From: Naegleria gruberi
Lineage: Eukaryota
Assembly (NCBI GenBank): GCA_000004985.1
Contig: GG738850.1
Direction: 5' to 3' (one strand)
Length of the DNA: 64,000 nucleotides
The notes below the pieces were generated by a model. That model made no database searches. It had not been told where the DNA came from and was given only the letters and a program-made list of their open reading frames with translations. Below are positions 34,781-48,800 of this stretch, one piece after another (position 1 is the stretch's first letter; every line of letters begins with the position of its first letter). Both the position numbers and the translations under genes were made by a program.

Positions 34781-37700
34781 TTACATCTTCTTAATAAAAA
34801 GTGGCAGGCTACTGATAGCCATTCCTTTACAATATCTACTCTCAAACAAGTAGGAAACAAATTCAAAATTGGAAAAATCAGGTGAAACTCTAAGGGTCAA
34901 TAAATAACTTTCTTCATCACACCCACCAGTAAATCCACTACATTCATATTTGATTTTTAGGTAGTAGTGATAAATGTGACTGTCAACATGTTTGCTTCTA
35001 TAATCCAAGATCCATTGTTGAAGCCTTTCTCTTGATGCTTCTGGATCTGTGCATATGGTATCCAATTGATCATTTTCCATCATTTCATGAAGAGAAGTAA
35101 CCCCAAAGTACAACTCTGAACGATCATACATTGGGCCTGTACAAATAAAAAAGAGCAGCTTTAGCACATACTGCAAGACAAACTCAATTTGATAGAGTCC
35201 CAATTTTTGCAACTCACAAATCCATTTAGAGATTGTACCATTAAATTGTTCACAAAGTTCAGGATCAGCCAATTTGATACTAGGATATTCACCGTGTGGA
35301 TCATTTCGGAATTGGGTCATTTCATGGTAGCAGTGCTCAATATTGGAGGTAATTCTATTCGTTTTATCGGTAGCCTTACTAGCAGAAAAAGGTATAGGAG
35401 AAGGACAATCCTCATCTTCTGGAAAAACTACCTCATTCTTCATTCGGGCCAAACTGAATTGAGAAAAGTATTTGACAATCTTTTCGTGAACCAATATTGG
35501 TTTTTCATGATGATGGTGATGACCTGTTGTGACAATAGTTTGATGATGGTTATGTTGAGAGTTGGGTGATGGTGTTGGATAGGCTCTGTCTTGCATATCT
35601 GATTGATCCTTATCGATGGTTCCATAAGCAAAGAACCAACATGTCTTGATTTCATTAATCATATCAACAAGAGTACTTTGATGTTGTGCCAACTGTTTGG
35701 TGGAGGGAGAGGTGGATGTGGTGCTGAAATTCAAAAGTGGAGAGTTTGGAGGATTGAGAGTGCTCGATTGTGTTGTTGAAGATTCAGTCCTATCGGGAGA
35801 ATAATCATTCAATGTACGAGTATCTACAGATCGAAGAAGTGGGCTATTTGCCACGAGGGAGAGTTTTCTAGTTGGATTAACATTTGGAGAGAGGGTTGGA
35901 GAGGCACATGCACTATTCACACCACTACCTGGTGGTCCACTTAAAGATAAAAAGGCTTGTGAAGGTGAAATAGTTTCCTCGTGATTATATTTGATTTTCA
36001 GCAAGACTTGAACACGTTGTTGGAATTCACCATCAACCTTTTCCACAAATCTCAAGCTTCTCTTGGCAAGATACAAATAGATAGGGCACTGGAAGTGTTC
36101 ATAGGGAGAGAACCAAGTTGGAGAGGTGAGCTTGTAGAACATGTTTGCCTTATCCGTGAGTCCCAACAAGTCAGGAACCTCTGATCGAAGAACCTCCTTA
36201 AAAACTGCACGATTGAAAATCTTTTCCTTATGTAAGGATCTTCTGTAGAGGCCGAATAGAACCATCAGCATTCGTTTGGACATTTCCAAATGTGATAAAT
36301 TTCTGGCAATTTGGGTGGCAAGCATAATTTGCAACTCATCCTTTTCTTCCCACACCGAGATGGAAGATAAGAGTTGAGGAAGGAAGTAGATGAAATTCTC
36401 TTTAGAGTGTGAAATTCTCAAATGCCATGCCCTACATACAAGGTCACATCTCAAAACGTCCTTATACGAGAGGAAACCTCCTAAAACAACGGTCCTAAAG
36501 ATATTTTCATTGGGTGAGTTTGGAAGCTTGAATTCATCTCCATATTCAATGCCAACATGTTGTGGTAATTGTTGTTGTAATGATGCTTGTGGTTGGAATT
36601 GTGGTGAATAATTAGATACAGTTGAATAGGATTGTTCAGTTTCTTCCTCTTCTGTACTGGTTGATGTAGAAATGATACTCATCGATTCAGGAGAGAGAGG
36701 AGATGCAGCTCTTGCACTATCCGCACCTTTCATTGATGAAGTTGGTGTTGATAGTAATTTGTTTTCATTCGTATTACTACTTTGTGAATTATTAGAACTA
36801 CTGGTATTAATATTATTACTATTATTTGCAAGTGTTGAACTGGTAATAGCAGTTGTGGTATTAACACATAATATTTCCTTCCACTTTCTTCTATTGACAA
36901 AAACATCCAATAATTGTTGTGTTCCTGTTGCTCTTTGTGTGCCACTTTGACCCATTATTGATGATGACGACTGTTGAGAATTAATATTAGACCCTACAGA
37001 ATAGTATTGTTGCTGATTATGATTACCCAATGATGATGACGACGATGTTGAATTATTCAATAATGGACTTTGTGAGGCCATCATAAGCATCATGGAGGGT
37101 GAGTGAGGCTCAAAGAAACTTGGGGAGCAATGATTGCTTCCACTACTACCTGTACCAATATATGAATTATTTGTTGTTGTTGTTGCTGAATATGTTGTTG
37201 TTGAAGAATAATTGCTGGAATAATGTTGCTGTTGTTGACTCGCAGATGGTGTTGTTGCTGAGGATTGAGTGTGGCTATTAGAGAGTCCCACTGTAATAAC
37301 ATTTAGACTTTTTCTTTTACTGTTATTGTTGTTGTTGTTATTGCTAGTAGTGGATGAAGAAGATGATGAGACTTGTTCTGTTCCCGCCAAAATGGGAGTT
37401 GCTGTAAAGGAGGAAAGTAAGTGGGGTTGTAAGGATTGATGTTGGGCATGATGATGATGAGGTTGAGCAGAGGCGAAGGAGAGAGGGCTCATTGGACTGG
37501 TTGGAGGAGAGTTTGGAGTGTACAAGAGTTGGTCTGGATTTTGATTGTTATTATAGCCCAGATAATTGGAATTATTATTGTTTTGTGTGGTGGTACTTGC
37601 TGTGGAGGAGAGAATGCTATTACTCGAGGAGAAGGAACCTCCATAATTATTGTTATTATTATGATTATGGATTGGAATGGAAGAGGTGGATGAAGATTGA

Positions 37701-38545
37701 CTCATCATTAAATCAGCAAAATTAATTGGTAAGCCAATTACACCGGCAGACATTGTGTCTGAATGTTGTTGTTGGTAAGTAGTAGCATTATTGGCTGATG
37801 AACTCTTCTTCAGTGAGAGCCTTCGTAGGGCATTCGATAAGGAAGAACGTCTCTTTGGTGTTATATTACCAGCCGTAGTACCTCCTGGTGTTGAGGAAGA
37901 AGGAGATGGTGATGATTGACCATTATTGTTCATATAATGATGATGATTACTAACATCAGAAGACGATGAGGAAGTATTACCACGTGGAGAGTGTTGCATC
38001 ACATTGGGACTACTCCTTGTCTGTACAACCAATGACGAATCAGTGCCACCATTCGAAGAGGAGGACAACACACTCGAATTACTCGACTGTTTCGAAAGGT
38101 TCGTATTAAAGTATTGATGACCACCATTGGTATGGCCGTAGCTACTCGAGAGGGCATTCAAACTCTGTGGATATTGTACATTGGAAGCAGAGGCACCTGA
38201 TAGATAATTTGCCTCAGCATCATGATGATGATCAAATTCTTCTCCACCATCTGAATCATCCTCCAAACCACTGTCATCAGGCCTAGCGAGACAACCTGTT
38301 GTGTTGGAGTGATGTTGTTGTTGGGAGGCAACTCTTTGATGATAATTAGTGGTAGCCGAAGAGGATGGCAACTGCGAGGATGAAGATGAGAAGAGGGATT
38401 TGGTTCTATGTGATGATTTCTTCTTCTTCTTTGAATCATCATCCTTATTATTGTTGTTGTTGTTGTTTGAGTTTGCATCAATCATATCATCGACAGCTCT
38501 ATTGTGAGCACTGCCTGGAAGGAGATTTCTCAATAGGGCTTTCAT
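34781..38545 (-). CDS. large low-complexity (N/S/Q/H/T-rich) protein with an F-box-like motif
   Basis: 1254-aa ORF. The central F-box-like segment is FLSYKDVLRCDLVCRAWHLRISHSKENFIYFLP. The C-terminal ~450 aa are non-repetitive. Many homopolymeric codon runs (poly-N, poly-Q, poly-H, poly-S). Confidence 0.55.
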   Translation of the reverse strand: MKALLRNLLPGSAHNRAVDDMIDANSNNNNNNNKDDDSKKKKKSSHRTKSLFSSSSSQLPSSSATTNYHQRVASQQQHHSNTTGCLARPDDSGLEDDSDGGEEFDHHHDAEANYLSGASASNVQYPQSLNALSSSYGHTNGGHQYFNTNLSKQSSNSSVLSSSSNGGTDSSLVVQTRSSPNVMQHSPRGNTSSSSSDVSNHHHYMNNNGQSSPSPSSSTPGGTTAGNITPKRRSSLSNALRRLSLKKSSSANNATTYQQQHSDTMSAGVIGLPINFADLMMSQSSSTSSIPIHNHNNNNNYGGSFSSSNSILSSTASTTTQNNNNSNYLGYNNNQNPDQLLYTPNSPPTSPMSPLSFASAQPHHHHAQHQSLQPHLLSSFTATPILAGTEQVSSSSSSTTSNNNNNNNSKRKSLNVITVGLSNSHTQSSATTPSASQQQQHYSSNYSSTTTYSATTTTNNSYIGTGSSGSNHCSPSFFEPHSPSMMLMMASQSPLLNNSTSSSSSLGNHNQQQYYSVGSNINSQQSSSSIMGQSGTQRATGTQQLLDVFVNRRKWKEILCVNTTTAITSSTLANNSNNINTSSSNNSQSSNTNENKLLSTPTSSMKGADSARAASPLSPESMSIISTSTSTEEEETEQSYSTVSNYSPQFQPQASLQQQLPQHVGIEYGDEFKLPNSPNENIFRTVVLGGFLSYKDVLRCDLVCRAWHLRISHSKENFIYFLPQLLSSISVWEEKDELQIMLATQIARNLSHLEMSKRMLMVLFGLYRRSLHKEKIFNRAVFKEVLRSEVPDLLGLTDKANMFYKLTSPTWFSPYEHFQCPIYLYLAKRSLRFVEKVDGEFQQRVQVLLKIKYNHEETISPSQAFLSLSGPPGSGVNSACASPTLSPNVNPTRKLSLVANSPLLRSVDTRTLNDYSPDRTESSTTQSSTLNPPNSPLLNFSTTSTSPSTKQLAQHQSTLVDMINEIKTCWFFAYGTIDKDQSDMQDRAYPTPSPNSQHNHHQTIVTTGHHHHHEKPILVHEKIVKYFSQFSLARMKNEVVFPEDEDCPSPIPFSASKATDKTNRITSNIEHCYHEMTQFRNDPHGEYPSIKLADPELCEQFNGTISKWICELQKLGLYQIEFVLQYVLKLLFFICTGPMYDRSELYFGVTSLHEMMENDQLDTICTDPEASRERLQQWILDYRSKHVDSHIYHYYLKIKYECSGFTGGCDEESYLLTLRVSPDFSNFEFVSYLFESRYCKGMAISSLPLFIKKM

Positions 38546-39588
38546 TGTGTAAATTTTGGTCTGAATGATTGTGTTATATTAAATGATTATTGTTGTACAA
38601 TTTGATTAATTATTAATTATTATTATTTGAAATATAATAATAAAAGTGATGATGATTAATATTTGGATTCAGGTAAATATTAAAGAGGTGATGAGAAGGA
38701 AATCAGCATTGATGTTGTTGTGGTTTTTAAAATCGTGCAGTGTCAACCAATTGTTGTTGAATTGTTTCGTCTAGGTGATATGAGAGTTTCAAGATCACTC
38801 CTCGTTCTTGCTTGTTACGTATCAAAGCAGATAGAGTTTCTCTCAGCTCGGCTGGTTGTTATAATTCGTTTCGGTAAGTTTCTCTCGAGTTGTTGTAATA
38901 ATTCAATGTTGTTGTTCTTCAAGAGAGATGAAAGAGAGAATTAATACTTCTCAAAATGTTCGTATTGACTCTTGAAAATCTCAGAACAAAAGAGGAATCA
39001 GACTTCAAATAGATGATTCGACTTGGATTTGTATTTTGTTTTTTTTCTTTAGTTTTATTGAAAGCTAAACACAATAGGTTGTGATGGTAAGAAGTGGAGC
39101 TGAGTGTTGTTAGGTTATTCATTCACCTGTTTTTACCTCGTATCAAGAAAGAGGTTTTCACTTTAGGAAACTTGTCAAAAAAATTAATATGATTAAAGGC
39201 ATACAATTCAGTGTTCAGGAAAGCACTTCTCTTTACCCTAGCAAGGCTTTGGTGTTGATTTTCAAAGGAGAACTTGCATTTACAATACTAATCGTGTTGT
39301 ATCATTGTTTTTTTCATTTGCTGCTATTTTGGGCCCTAGGACTAAGGTTTGAATCAAGTCTAAATTTAAGAGAATTTGAAATGATATTAGTTGCATATGG
39401 AAGACAAGCATGATTTATTCTAGAATTGAAACTTCTCTTCATCTCAATGAATATCAAAATTCGTTTGATCAACTCAATATTTGGTGAGGAAGGCGAGCAG
39501 ATGATAACCGCTTGAATTTGGCGCCAAAAATCAGTTGTATGGAAGTAAATGTAGTTCGTGCAAAACTACAGAAAATACAACTAAAAAA
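38546..39588. promoter_or_regulatory. divergent intergenic/promoter region
   Basis: Lies between the minus-strand start at 38545 and the dynein start at 39589. Confidence 0.25.
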
Positions 39589-39722
39589 ATGCCCCCAAAA
39601 CAAGAAGTTGACGATAGCAAAATTCTTGATGAGAGGCAAGCTTGGATTGAAAGGGCTGTGAGGAATACATTCAGAGTCTCTGAGAAGGATACTAAAAAAT
39701 TGTTAGAAACTGAGGATTATAG
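39589..39722 (+). CDS. axonemal dynein heavy chain, exon 1
   Basis: ATG at 39589 (ctaaaaaaATG) gives MPPKQEVDDSKILDERQAWIERAVRNTFRVSEKDTKKLLETEDY. GTATGT donor at 39723 (phase 2). Confidence 0.7.
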
Positions 39723-39857
39723 GTATGTAGAATTCAGTTCAAGAACTGTTGAGCTAATTATTAATGCTGTAAATTGAATCAAATCTCCGTTCTTCTTCTA
39801 TTTATTATTGTGATGATATCATTCTTGAATATACAACAACAATAGAAAAATAACAAG

Positions 39858-42800
39858 TACCTTCTTTGAGAATGCTGAAGCAAAGCAAATTTTCATTTTC
39901 ATCAATAGTACTGGATCATTCCAGATTTCAATCTCAATGCCTTCTCAATATTCAAAGAAAGTCATCTGCTTCTTTAAAAAGACTAAAGTTAGTATTACAC
40001 CTGAAAATATTGGAACTGCACTTATTCATTTTGAAGTGTTGGAATCACCTCTAGAAACACTTTCACTTATTTCCAACAAATTGTTCTTACCAATTTTAAA
40101 AAATAGTGTAGAACAAACATCAGCATCCGACCAAGAGGATGAAGATAAAGTCTCCCGTGATGTTGTTACCTATTTCCAAAAATTCATAGCTTCTACCTAT
40201 GTTACATCAGGACAAGTTGAAGGAAAGACACTATTGCCAATTCCACCAGATGATGTTATTCAAGAAACTTCATCCGAAAATTCGGATCAAGATAAGGATA
40301 TGATCCACACACTCGAAACAGCAGTAGTAAATTGGGCAAATCAAATCAAGGAAGTTTTAAACAAGGATCCAGAATCATTATTTGTACCAAATTATAATCC
40401 TGGTCCTCTAGATGAAATGAATTTTTGGAATTCAAAATATCTTGACTTGGAATCTGTAGCCAAACAATTAGCTGGTGAAAAGGTTACTAAAGTAATTGAA
40501 ATTTTGAAGGAAAATCAAAGTACATATATTCCATCCTTTTTAAAGATGGTCGAAGAAGTTGAAATTAGAAAACATGAAGCCTTTGAAAATCACAGATTTT
40601 TAAAACCTCTCCGTAAATATTTCGAAAGTGTAAATTTAAAGAGTGACAATCATGCAGAATATTCAGAATTACCAAATGTCTTTAGAAGTATTTTCCATTT
40701 AATTTTCATGATTTGGAAAACATCTACAACCTATAACAAGAGCGAACGTCTTGTTGTTCTTGTAAGAGAATTGTGTAATGATCTTATTGATCACTCTAGA
40801 GAATATATTGGTGGTAGAGAAATTTTCAATATGGAATTCCCAGATGCTGTTGAAAAATTTGAAAATACTCTCTCAACCTGTGGTTTGGTTAAAAAGTATT
40901 ACTTTGCTTACAAGTTAAAGGTAGAACAAGAGTGTCCAACAAATCAATGGAGAGTTCCTCCTGCTTCTCTCTTCCACAGACTTGATCACTTTTTGGAAAG
41001 ATGTAGAGATATTCTTAATATTTTTAATCAAGGTAGATTATTCGGTAAATTGGCAACACTCCAAATTGGTGGTACTAAGGGTGATTCACTCAGTAGAGAA
41101 GTTAAGGATATTTATGTACATTTCAGTGAAGAAATTGCCAAGTTTAAGGAAATTCAATATGATGCATTGGTAGTTGAAGAACAAAAGTTTGAAGAAGATT
41201 TCTATCATTTTAAGAATCAAATTAAGGAATTTGAAAAGAAAATTGGTTCTATCATTTCTAAGAGTTTTGAAGATTGTAGTACTATTCATGCTGGTGTAAA
41301 GGTTATTGAAAGTTTTGAAGGTTTACTTGATCGTGAGGCTGTTCAACAAGAAATTGTCAAAAAGCAAGGTGATTTATTACAAACCTATAGAAAAGAATTG
41401 AAGAGAGTTCAACAAACATTTACAGAATCAAAGACTAGTCCAATTATTTTCCATAACATGCCTCCAGTAACAGGAGCTATTCAATGGGCTGAATCTTTAT
41501 TGGAAAGAATTAATGGACCAATGAATAGATTAATTTCTTTGAGTAAGACCATCTTTGATAACTCTGAAGGAAAGGAAACTGTAAAACTCCATTCAAACAT
41601 TGTTGGAAAGATTAAACAATACCAACAACAAAAGTATGCTGAATGGGCCAAATCAGTTGGTGAAATTTCCGAAACTAAACTCAATGAAATGTTATTGAAG
41701 AGAACTGATGATGGAATGGTTATTGTAAATTTTGATCCTGCCCTTGTTAAACTTTTGAGAGAAGTAAATTATCTCCAAAAGATTAATACTCTCCATGAAG
41801 GAGAACCAGCATGGTCCATTCCACAAGAAGCTATTGATCTCTTTTCCAAGAATGAAAAATATAGAACTCAAACTGGTAGTTTGGAATATATTGTAAATAT
41901 GTATAACATTGTCCAAGGTTCTCTTACTCCAGTTGAAAGACCTTTATTCCAAACACAAATCCAAAAGATTGATGGTATTCTTGAAAGAGCTTTGAATAGT
42001 CTCAGTTGGAAGAATGATGTTGAAATTGATTCATTCTTATCTGAAGCCATGAATTCTGTCAAATTGGCCAGTACAACTTTATCAATTATCAAGAAGAATA
42101 CTGGAGAAATTGAAAAGGCTTTAATGAAATGGGAAAAGAACCCAATGTTCCAAAGAAAGGAAACTAGAACTTTGACAATGAAGGAGCTCGACGGAAGAAA
42201 TAAGGAAATGAAGGTTACATATGAAAAGATGGTTAAAAAGACAGGTGAACTCATTGTTGCTAAGCTTTCAGACTGTTTAGAAGTTTTGAAAGGAGGTAAA
42301 CAAAAATCTTCGGAAGAACAACTTCCAGAAGAACTAGGTTGTATCGGAGTTGATGAAAGTGCTGAGCCATGGAAGAATTTTGTCAAGCATATTAACGATA
42401 TTGTTGTAGATGGTATTTGTAAATCAGTTATTGCTTCTGTAAGAGCTCTCATGGATCAAATGAATGTTGAATATTTACTCAAGACTGAACAAAGTCCATT
42501 CCTTGAAATTTCTCTTAACCTTGTAAAGAAACCAAATAGTGAAGTGCACTTTGCTACTTTCACTCCTAGCTTGGATGAAAAGGGTGAAAATTCATTTGTA
42601 CATGTTGTTGATTCATGGATTAATGATTTTACAACAGTATCAGCTTCGATACCTAGATTGGATTCATCTTCTGGTGATTACATTAAGGAAGTTAAATCTA
42701 ATACTGATGTCATTTCTACCATTTCTCAAATTCATGAAAGTATCAAGACTGTTACAGTCGAATGTAACAAATTTGCTGAGCAATTTATTGCTCAAAAGGC

Positions 42801-45800
42801 TATTTATGAGACTGACCAAAAGGAATTCTTTGATGAATTCTTAGAAGTTAACTTCCCTCATGGCTCTCATGGTAAATCTCATCATGTTGAATTGCCAAAG
42901 TTTGATGAACAAATCAAAAAGTATCACAACATTCATGAACAAATCAAAGAACTTACTGCTTGTGATAATGCTGGTTGGTTGAGAGTCGATGCTAAACCAA
43001 TCAAGCAAGAATTACTCAAGATTTGTACCTCTTGGGAAAAGCTCTTCTCTAACTTCTTGGTACAAAACGTTTCTGAAAGATTGAACGATATTTATCAATT
43101 CATGAATACTGTTGAAAGTGGTATTGATAAAGAAGTTACTGATGGTGATATTACAACTCTCAGAGAAGTTATCAGATATATCAGAGATATTAAATCTGAA
43201 ACAGAGAGCGAAAATGGTATCTTCCAACCTCTTCAAGAAATTGTAGTTTTGCTTTCTCAATACGGAATTGAACTTGCTCCAAATCTTGTTCATACACTAG
43301 AACAAGCTCCAGTTAAATGGGATGGCCTCTATAAGAGATCATTGGTCAGAAGAACAGAACTTAGTGACTTGCAAGATAAGGAATCTCAAAAGGTTAAGGA
43401 ACAAGGTTTACAATTTGGTAAGAGGGTTTTGAAATTCCAAGAAGAATTCAGAGATATGGCTGCTTTCTTCTACAAGTCGGGTTCTCAAGATGCTTATAAA
43501 TCAATTGATAAGTGGCAAGTACTTTTGGTGGATATGGAAAAGGAAGCAACAAAGTTGAGAGAATTGCAAGACTTGTTTGAAATTACAGTAAGCGAATATA
43601 ATGCCCTCAAGACTTGTCGTGAAGAAGTTATGCTGCTCAAGTCTTTGTGGGATATCATTTCTCATATCTTGTCATTGTTCAAGGATTGGATGAAGACTTC
43701 CTTCAAGAAGGTAGATGTTGACGCACTCGTTGAAGAATCAAAGAAACTTAAAAAGACTATTCAAAACTTTAATACCAAGGCAAGAGCATGGGACAGTTAT
43801 TCAGGACTTAACAATGCTGTTAATAACATGCTTACCTCACTTCCTCTTGTTCAAGATTTGAGAAATCCTGCAATGAGAAGAAGACATTGGGATGAATTGC
43901 TCGAAGAAACTCACAAGAAGGGTGCTATTGATCCTGATGATAACTTTAATTTGGATCAATTGCTAGATCTTGGTTTGCACAGTTATGTAGATACAGTTCA
44001 AACTATTGTTGATAAGGCCAGCAAGGAATTAATTATTGAAAAGGCCCTCACAAAGGTTGAAAGTGTATGGTCTACACTCAATTTTGACTTTGGCTATGAT
44101 GGTGAATTGAAGTGTTCAATTATGGGAGCAGTAGAAGATATTGTTGAAATTCTCCAAGACAATCAAGTTCAATTGCAAAATATGTCCACTATGAAATATG
44201 TTGAATTCTTTATAGAATCATTGACCAAGTGGCAAATTGCTCTCTCCACAATTGATAGTATTATTACTGAATGGGTTGGTGTTCAAAAGAAGTGGCAAAA
44301 CCTTTATCCAATCTTTATGATGTCAAAGGATATCAAGGAAAAGTTGCACGAAGATGCTGTTCGTTTCGCTGAAGCCGATACTGAATGGAGAAACTTTATG
44401 GAAGTTGCTAAAGCTGTTCCAAAAATTGTTGAAGCTTGTACTGAACCAACTATTCGTACCAAGTTAGATACAAGTAAGGACGTTTTAGAAATCCTTCAAC
44501 ACATTGAAGAAAAGCTTGAATTGTGTCAAAAATCCTTGTCTGAATATCTTGAAACTAAGTGTAAAGCTTTCCCAAGATTCTATTTCATCAAAGCTGGTGA
44601 CGTTATTGATATTTTATCAAAGGGTTCATTCCCAAAGCTTGTCATGAAACACATGTCAAAGATTGTAGAAGCTGTTGAAACCTTAACTTTTGATGAAAAT
44701 AGTGATCTTACTAATGGTATGATTAGTAAGGAAGATGAAATCATTACCTTCCCAGATAAGTATGAATGTAAAGGACCTGTTGAAGATTGGCTCAATGGAG
44801 TTTTGAATACTATTGTTAGTTCATTGACTCATACCTTAGGTGATGCTCATGCCGCCTACGTTGAACAACAAAGAGATCAATGGGTATTCCAATTCCCTGC
44901 TCAAATTGTCATTGTTGCTTCTCGTGTTTGGTTCACAAGTGAAGTTAATTCTGCCTTTGAAAGACAAGAAGAAGGTAACAAGAATGCCTTGAAGGATTAT
45001 TACAATCAATTGAAAGATCAATTGGCTAAATTAACAACACTTGTTCAAGGTGAATTAACTCCAGGAGACAGAAAGAAGATTATTACCTTGATTACTGTCG
45101 ATGTCCACAATAGAGATATTGTTTTGAAACTTATTGAAGAAAAGGCAGAAAGCTCTCAGGTATTTACCTGGCAATCACAACTCAGATACAGTTGGGATGA
45201 TACAAAGGGTTGTACTATTAATATTGCTGATGCTGAATTTAAATATGGTTATGAATATATTGGTAACTGTGGTTGTTTGGTTATTACACCACTTACTGAC
45301 AGATGTTATATTACATTGACACAATCACTCAGATTGATTATGGGTGGTGCTCCAGCTGGTCCTGCTGGTACTGGTAAAACAGAAACAACTAAAGATTTGG
45401 GTAGAGCACTTGGTATTCAAGTCTACGTCTTTAACTGTACTGAACAAATGAATCCAGCTTCTCTTGGTAATATTTTCAAGGGTTTGTCAATGACTGGTAC
45501 ATGGGGTTGTTTCGACGAATTCAATCGTATTAGAGTTGGTGTCTTGTCTGTCGTTGCTACTCAATTCAAGTCTATTCTTGATGCTATCAAGGCTCAAAAG
45601 AAGGAATTTTTGTTTGAACAAGAAACTATTTCCCTCATTCCAACTTGTGGTGTCTTTATTACCATGAATCCTGGTTATAAGGGTCGTACTGAATTGCCAG
45701 AAAATCTTAAAGCATTGTTTAGACCATGTGCTATGATTGTTCCTGACTTTATGAATATTTGCGAAATCATGTTGGCTTCTGAAGGTTTTATCAATGCAAA

Positions 45801-48800
45801 GGAATTGGCTAAGAAATTCGTTACCTTGTATAGATTGAACAAGGAATTGCTCTCAAAACAAGATCACTACGATTGGGGTCTCCGTGCCGTTAAATCTGTA
45901 TTAGTTATTGCTGGTGGTTTGAAGAGAGCTGAACCTCAAGTTTCTGAAGACAGAATTCTCATGAGAGCTCTCAGAGATACCAATTTGGCCAAACTTTCAA
46001 GAGATGATATTGAAATCTTCAGAGGTTTAATTAGAGATTTGTTCCCAAAGATTGAAATTGAAGCAAAGAGTGATCCAGAATTGGTCAAGGCTGTCAAACA
46101 AGCAACTGAAGAAAAAAGATTACAAACAGGTGAAAATGATATTTTCATTGGAAAGGTTGTACAATTTAAGGAATTGCTTGATGTTAGACACTCTGTCTTT
46201 GTTTTAGGTCCTGCAGGTTCTGGTAAATCATGTGTTTGGAAAACTTTATCTAAGGCCTTTGAAATTCAAGGTCGTAGAACTTGGGCACACGTACTTAATC
46301 CAAAATCTGTTACCAGTGGTGAACTTTATGGTTATACTCACCCAGTTTCAAAGGATTGGAAGGATGGTCTGCTCTCCAATACTATGAGAGAAATGTACGA
46401 AACCAAGACACCATTACCAAAATGGATTGTTTTGGATGGTGATATCGATGCTGAATGGATTGAATCTATGAATACAGTCATGGACGACAATAAGGTTTTG
46501 ACATTGGCAAACAATGAAAGAATTCCTTTGAGTCCAAGTATGAGAATGCTTTTCGAAATTGATCACTTGAGAAATGCTACTCCTGCAACTGTATCAAGAG
46601 CCGGTATCTTGTTCTTGAACGAAACTGATATTGGTTGGAATCCATTCAAGGAAAGTTGGATTGAAACAAGATCTGTTGAAAAGGAAAAGCAAAATCTTGA
46701 TCGTTTGTTCTATACTTATGCACCACACATTTTGTTCTGGTTGAAGAAACACAATCACATTATTCCAAGACAAGATATCAGCATGATTCAAACATTGTGC
46801 TACTTGTTAGAAGGTTTGATTACACCAGAATCTTGTCCACCAGGTTGTTCTCATGAAATTTATGAATATTACTTTGCTTTTGCTTGTATTTGGGCATTTG
46901 GTGGTGCTTTGGAAGATGATGAAAGAGTTTTATTCAATGCCATGTTCAAGAAAGACTTCCCTCAAGTTAAATTCCCTGAAAATGCAACTGTATTTGATTA
47001 CTTTGTTGTTACTGAAGGTGAAACTGTTAGACTTGAACCTTGGGCTACAAAAGTTAAGGAATATAATCATGACTTTGAATTGCCATTCAATGAAATTGTC
47101 GTCTCTACAGCTGATACAGCACGTTTAACTTATTTGATGGACTTGTTGGCTGACAGAAGAAGACCTGTATTACTTGTTGGTACTGCTGGTACTGGTAAGA
47201 CAACCATTGTTAAGGGTAAATTGAGAAGTCTTGATGAAGAAACTCTCTACACTACAATTAACTTTAACAGTAATACTGATGCTGAATCATTCCAAAATAT
47301 TCTTGAACAATCTATTACCAAGAAGGCTGGTAAAATGTACGGTCCACCAGGTAGAAAGAAGCTTATTTACTTTATTGACGATCTTAACATGCCTAATCCT
47401 GACAAATATGGTACTCAATCTGCTGTTGAATTCCTCCGTCAACATATGGACTATGGATTTTGGTATGATAGAAATAATATGGGAGTCAAGGAAGTTACCA
47501 ATGTTCAATACCTTGCCGCTATGAATCCAAAGGCTGGTTCTTTCACAGTTACTGGTAGATTACAAAGACATTTTGGTATGTTTGCTTGTACATTCCCTGC
47601 AGATGCTGATTTGAAGACAATTTATTCTCAAATCATTTCTGCTCACGTTGAATCATTCGATAGAAGAGTTCAAACAATTAGTACTAAATTGGTTGATGCT
47701 ACAATCAAACTTCATAAGGAAGTTGCCAAGTTCTTCTTGCCAACTGCTGTCAAGTTCCACTACCAATTCAATCTCAGAGAAATTTCAAACATTTTCCAAG
47801 GTTTGTGCCGTTCTACTAAGGAACACTACAGTGATCCTGTTCACATGATTAGATTGTGGATGCACGAAGCTTTCAGAGTTTTCTCTGACAGAATGACAGA
47901 ACAAGATGATGTTAACAAATTCTCTGCTATGGCTACAAAGATTAGTAAGGATGTTCTCGATTGTGAAATTCAAGATGGGCAAAGCTTGTTGTTCAGCTCT
48001 TTCGTTGTTGAAAGTGATAACGGTACTGGTGTCTATTGTGAAGCCAATGATTTTAACAAGTTGAAGCTAGTTTTAGAAAAGAAGCTCGAAGAATACAATT
48101 CATCAAGATCAATTATGAATCTAGAATTGTTTAAGCAAGCTATTTGGCACGTTTGTAGAATTAGTCGTATTTTGTCAAATCCAAGAGGTAATGCCTTGCT
48201 GGTTGGTGTAGGTGGTAGTGGTAAACAAAGTTTGGCTAAATTGGCATCATTCATTAATAATTATGAAATTTCTCAAATCACTGTCACACCTTCCTACAAG
48301 ATTATCGATTTTAAGAAGGATCTTTTGGAATTGTACAAGAAATCTGGTGAAAAGGATATGAAGATTTCATTCATTCTTACAGATTCTCAAATCTTTGACC
48401 AAAAGCAATTGGTCTTTATTAACGACTTTTTGTCTTCTGGTTTCATTCCAGAATTGTTCACTCCTGATGATGTTGAAAAGTCAATTCAAGCTGTTCAACC
48501 TGCAGTTAAATATGCTGGTAAGGATCACAATGATAAGAAGGTTTGTTGGGACTTCTTCTTGGAAAAGGTCAAGAAGAATTTGCACTTGGTTCTTTGCTTC
48601 TCACCTGTTGGTGAACAATTGCGTGTTTGGTGCAGAAAATTCCCAGCCATTATGAACTGCTCTGTTATCGATTGGTTCCACGAATGGCCAAGAGATGCTT
48701 TAATTTCTGTTGCCTATAGATTCTTGACTGATGCTGATATGAATTTGGGTGATGACGAAATGATTAAGAATATTTCAGAACATATGGCCTTTGCTCACGA

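Noticed and set aside
41868-42452. Antisense ORFs inside the dynein gene (this 194-aa one and others, e.g. 51165-51569, 51708-52142), inside CNOT1 (12919-13308) and inside PLD (59553-59924)
   Set aside because: They lie entirely within homology-supported genes on the opposite strand. They have no recognisable motifs and low-complexity composition typical of antisense reading of AT-rich coding DNA.
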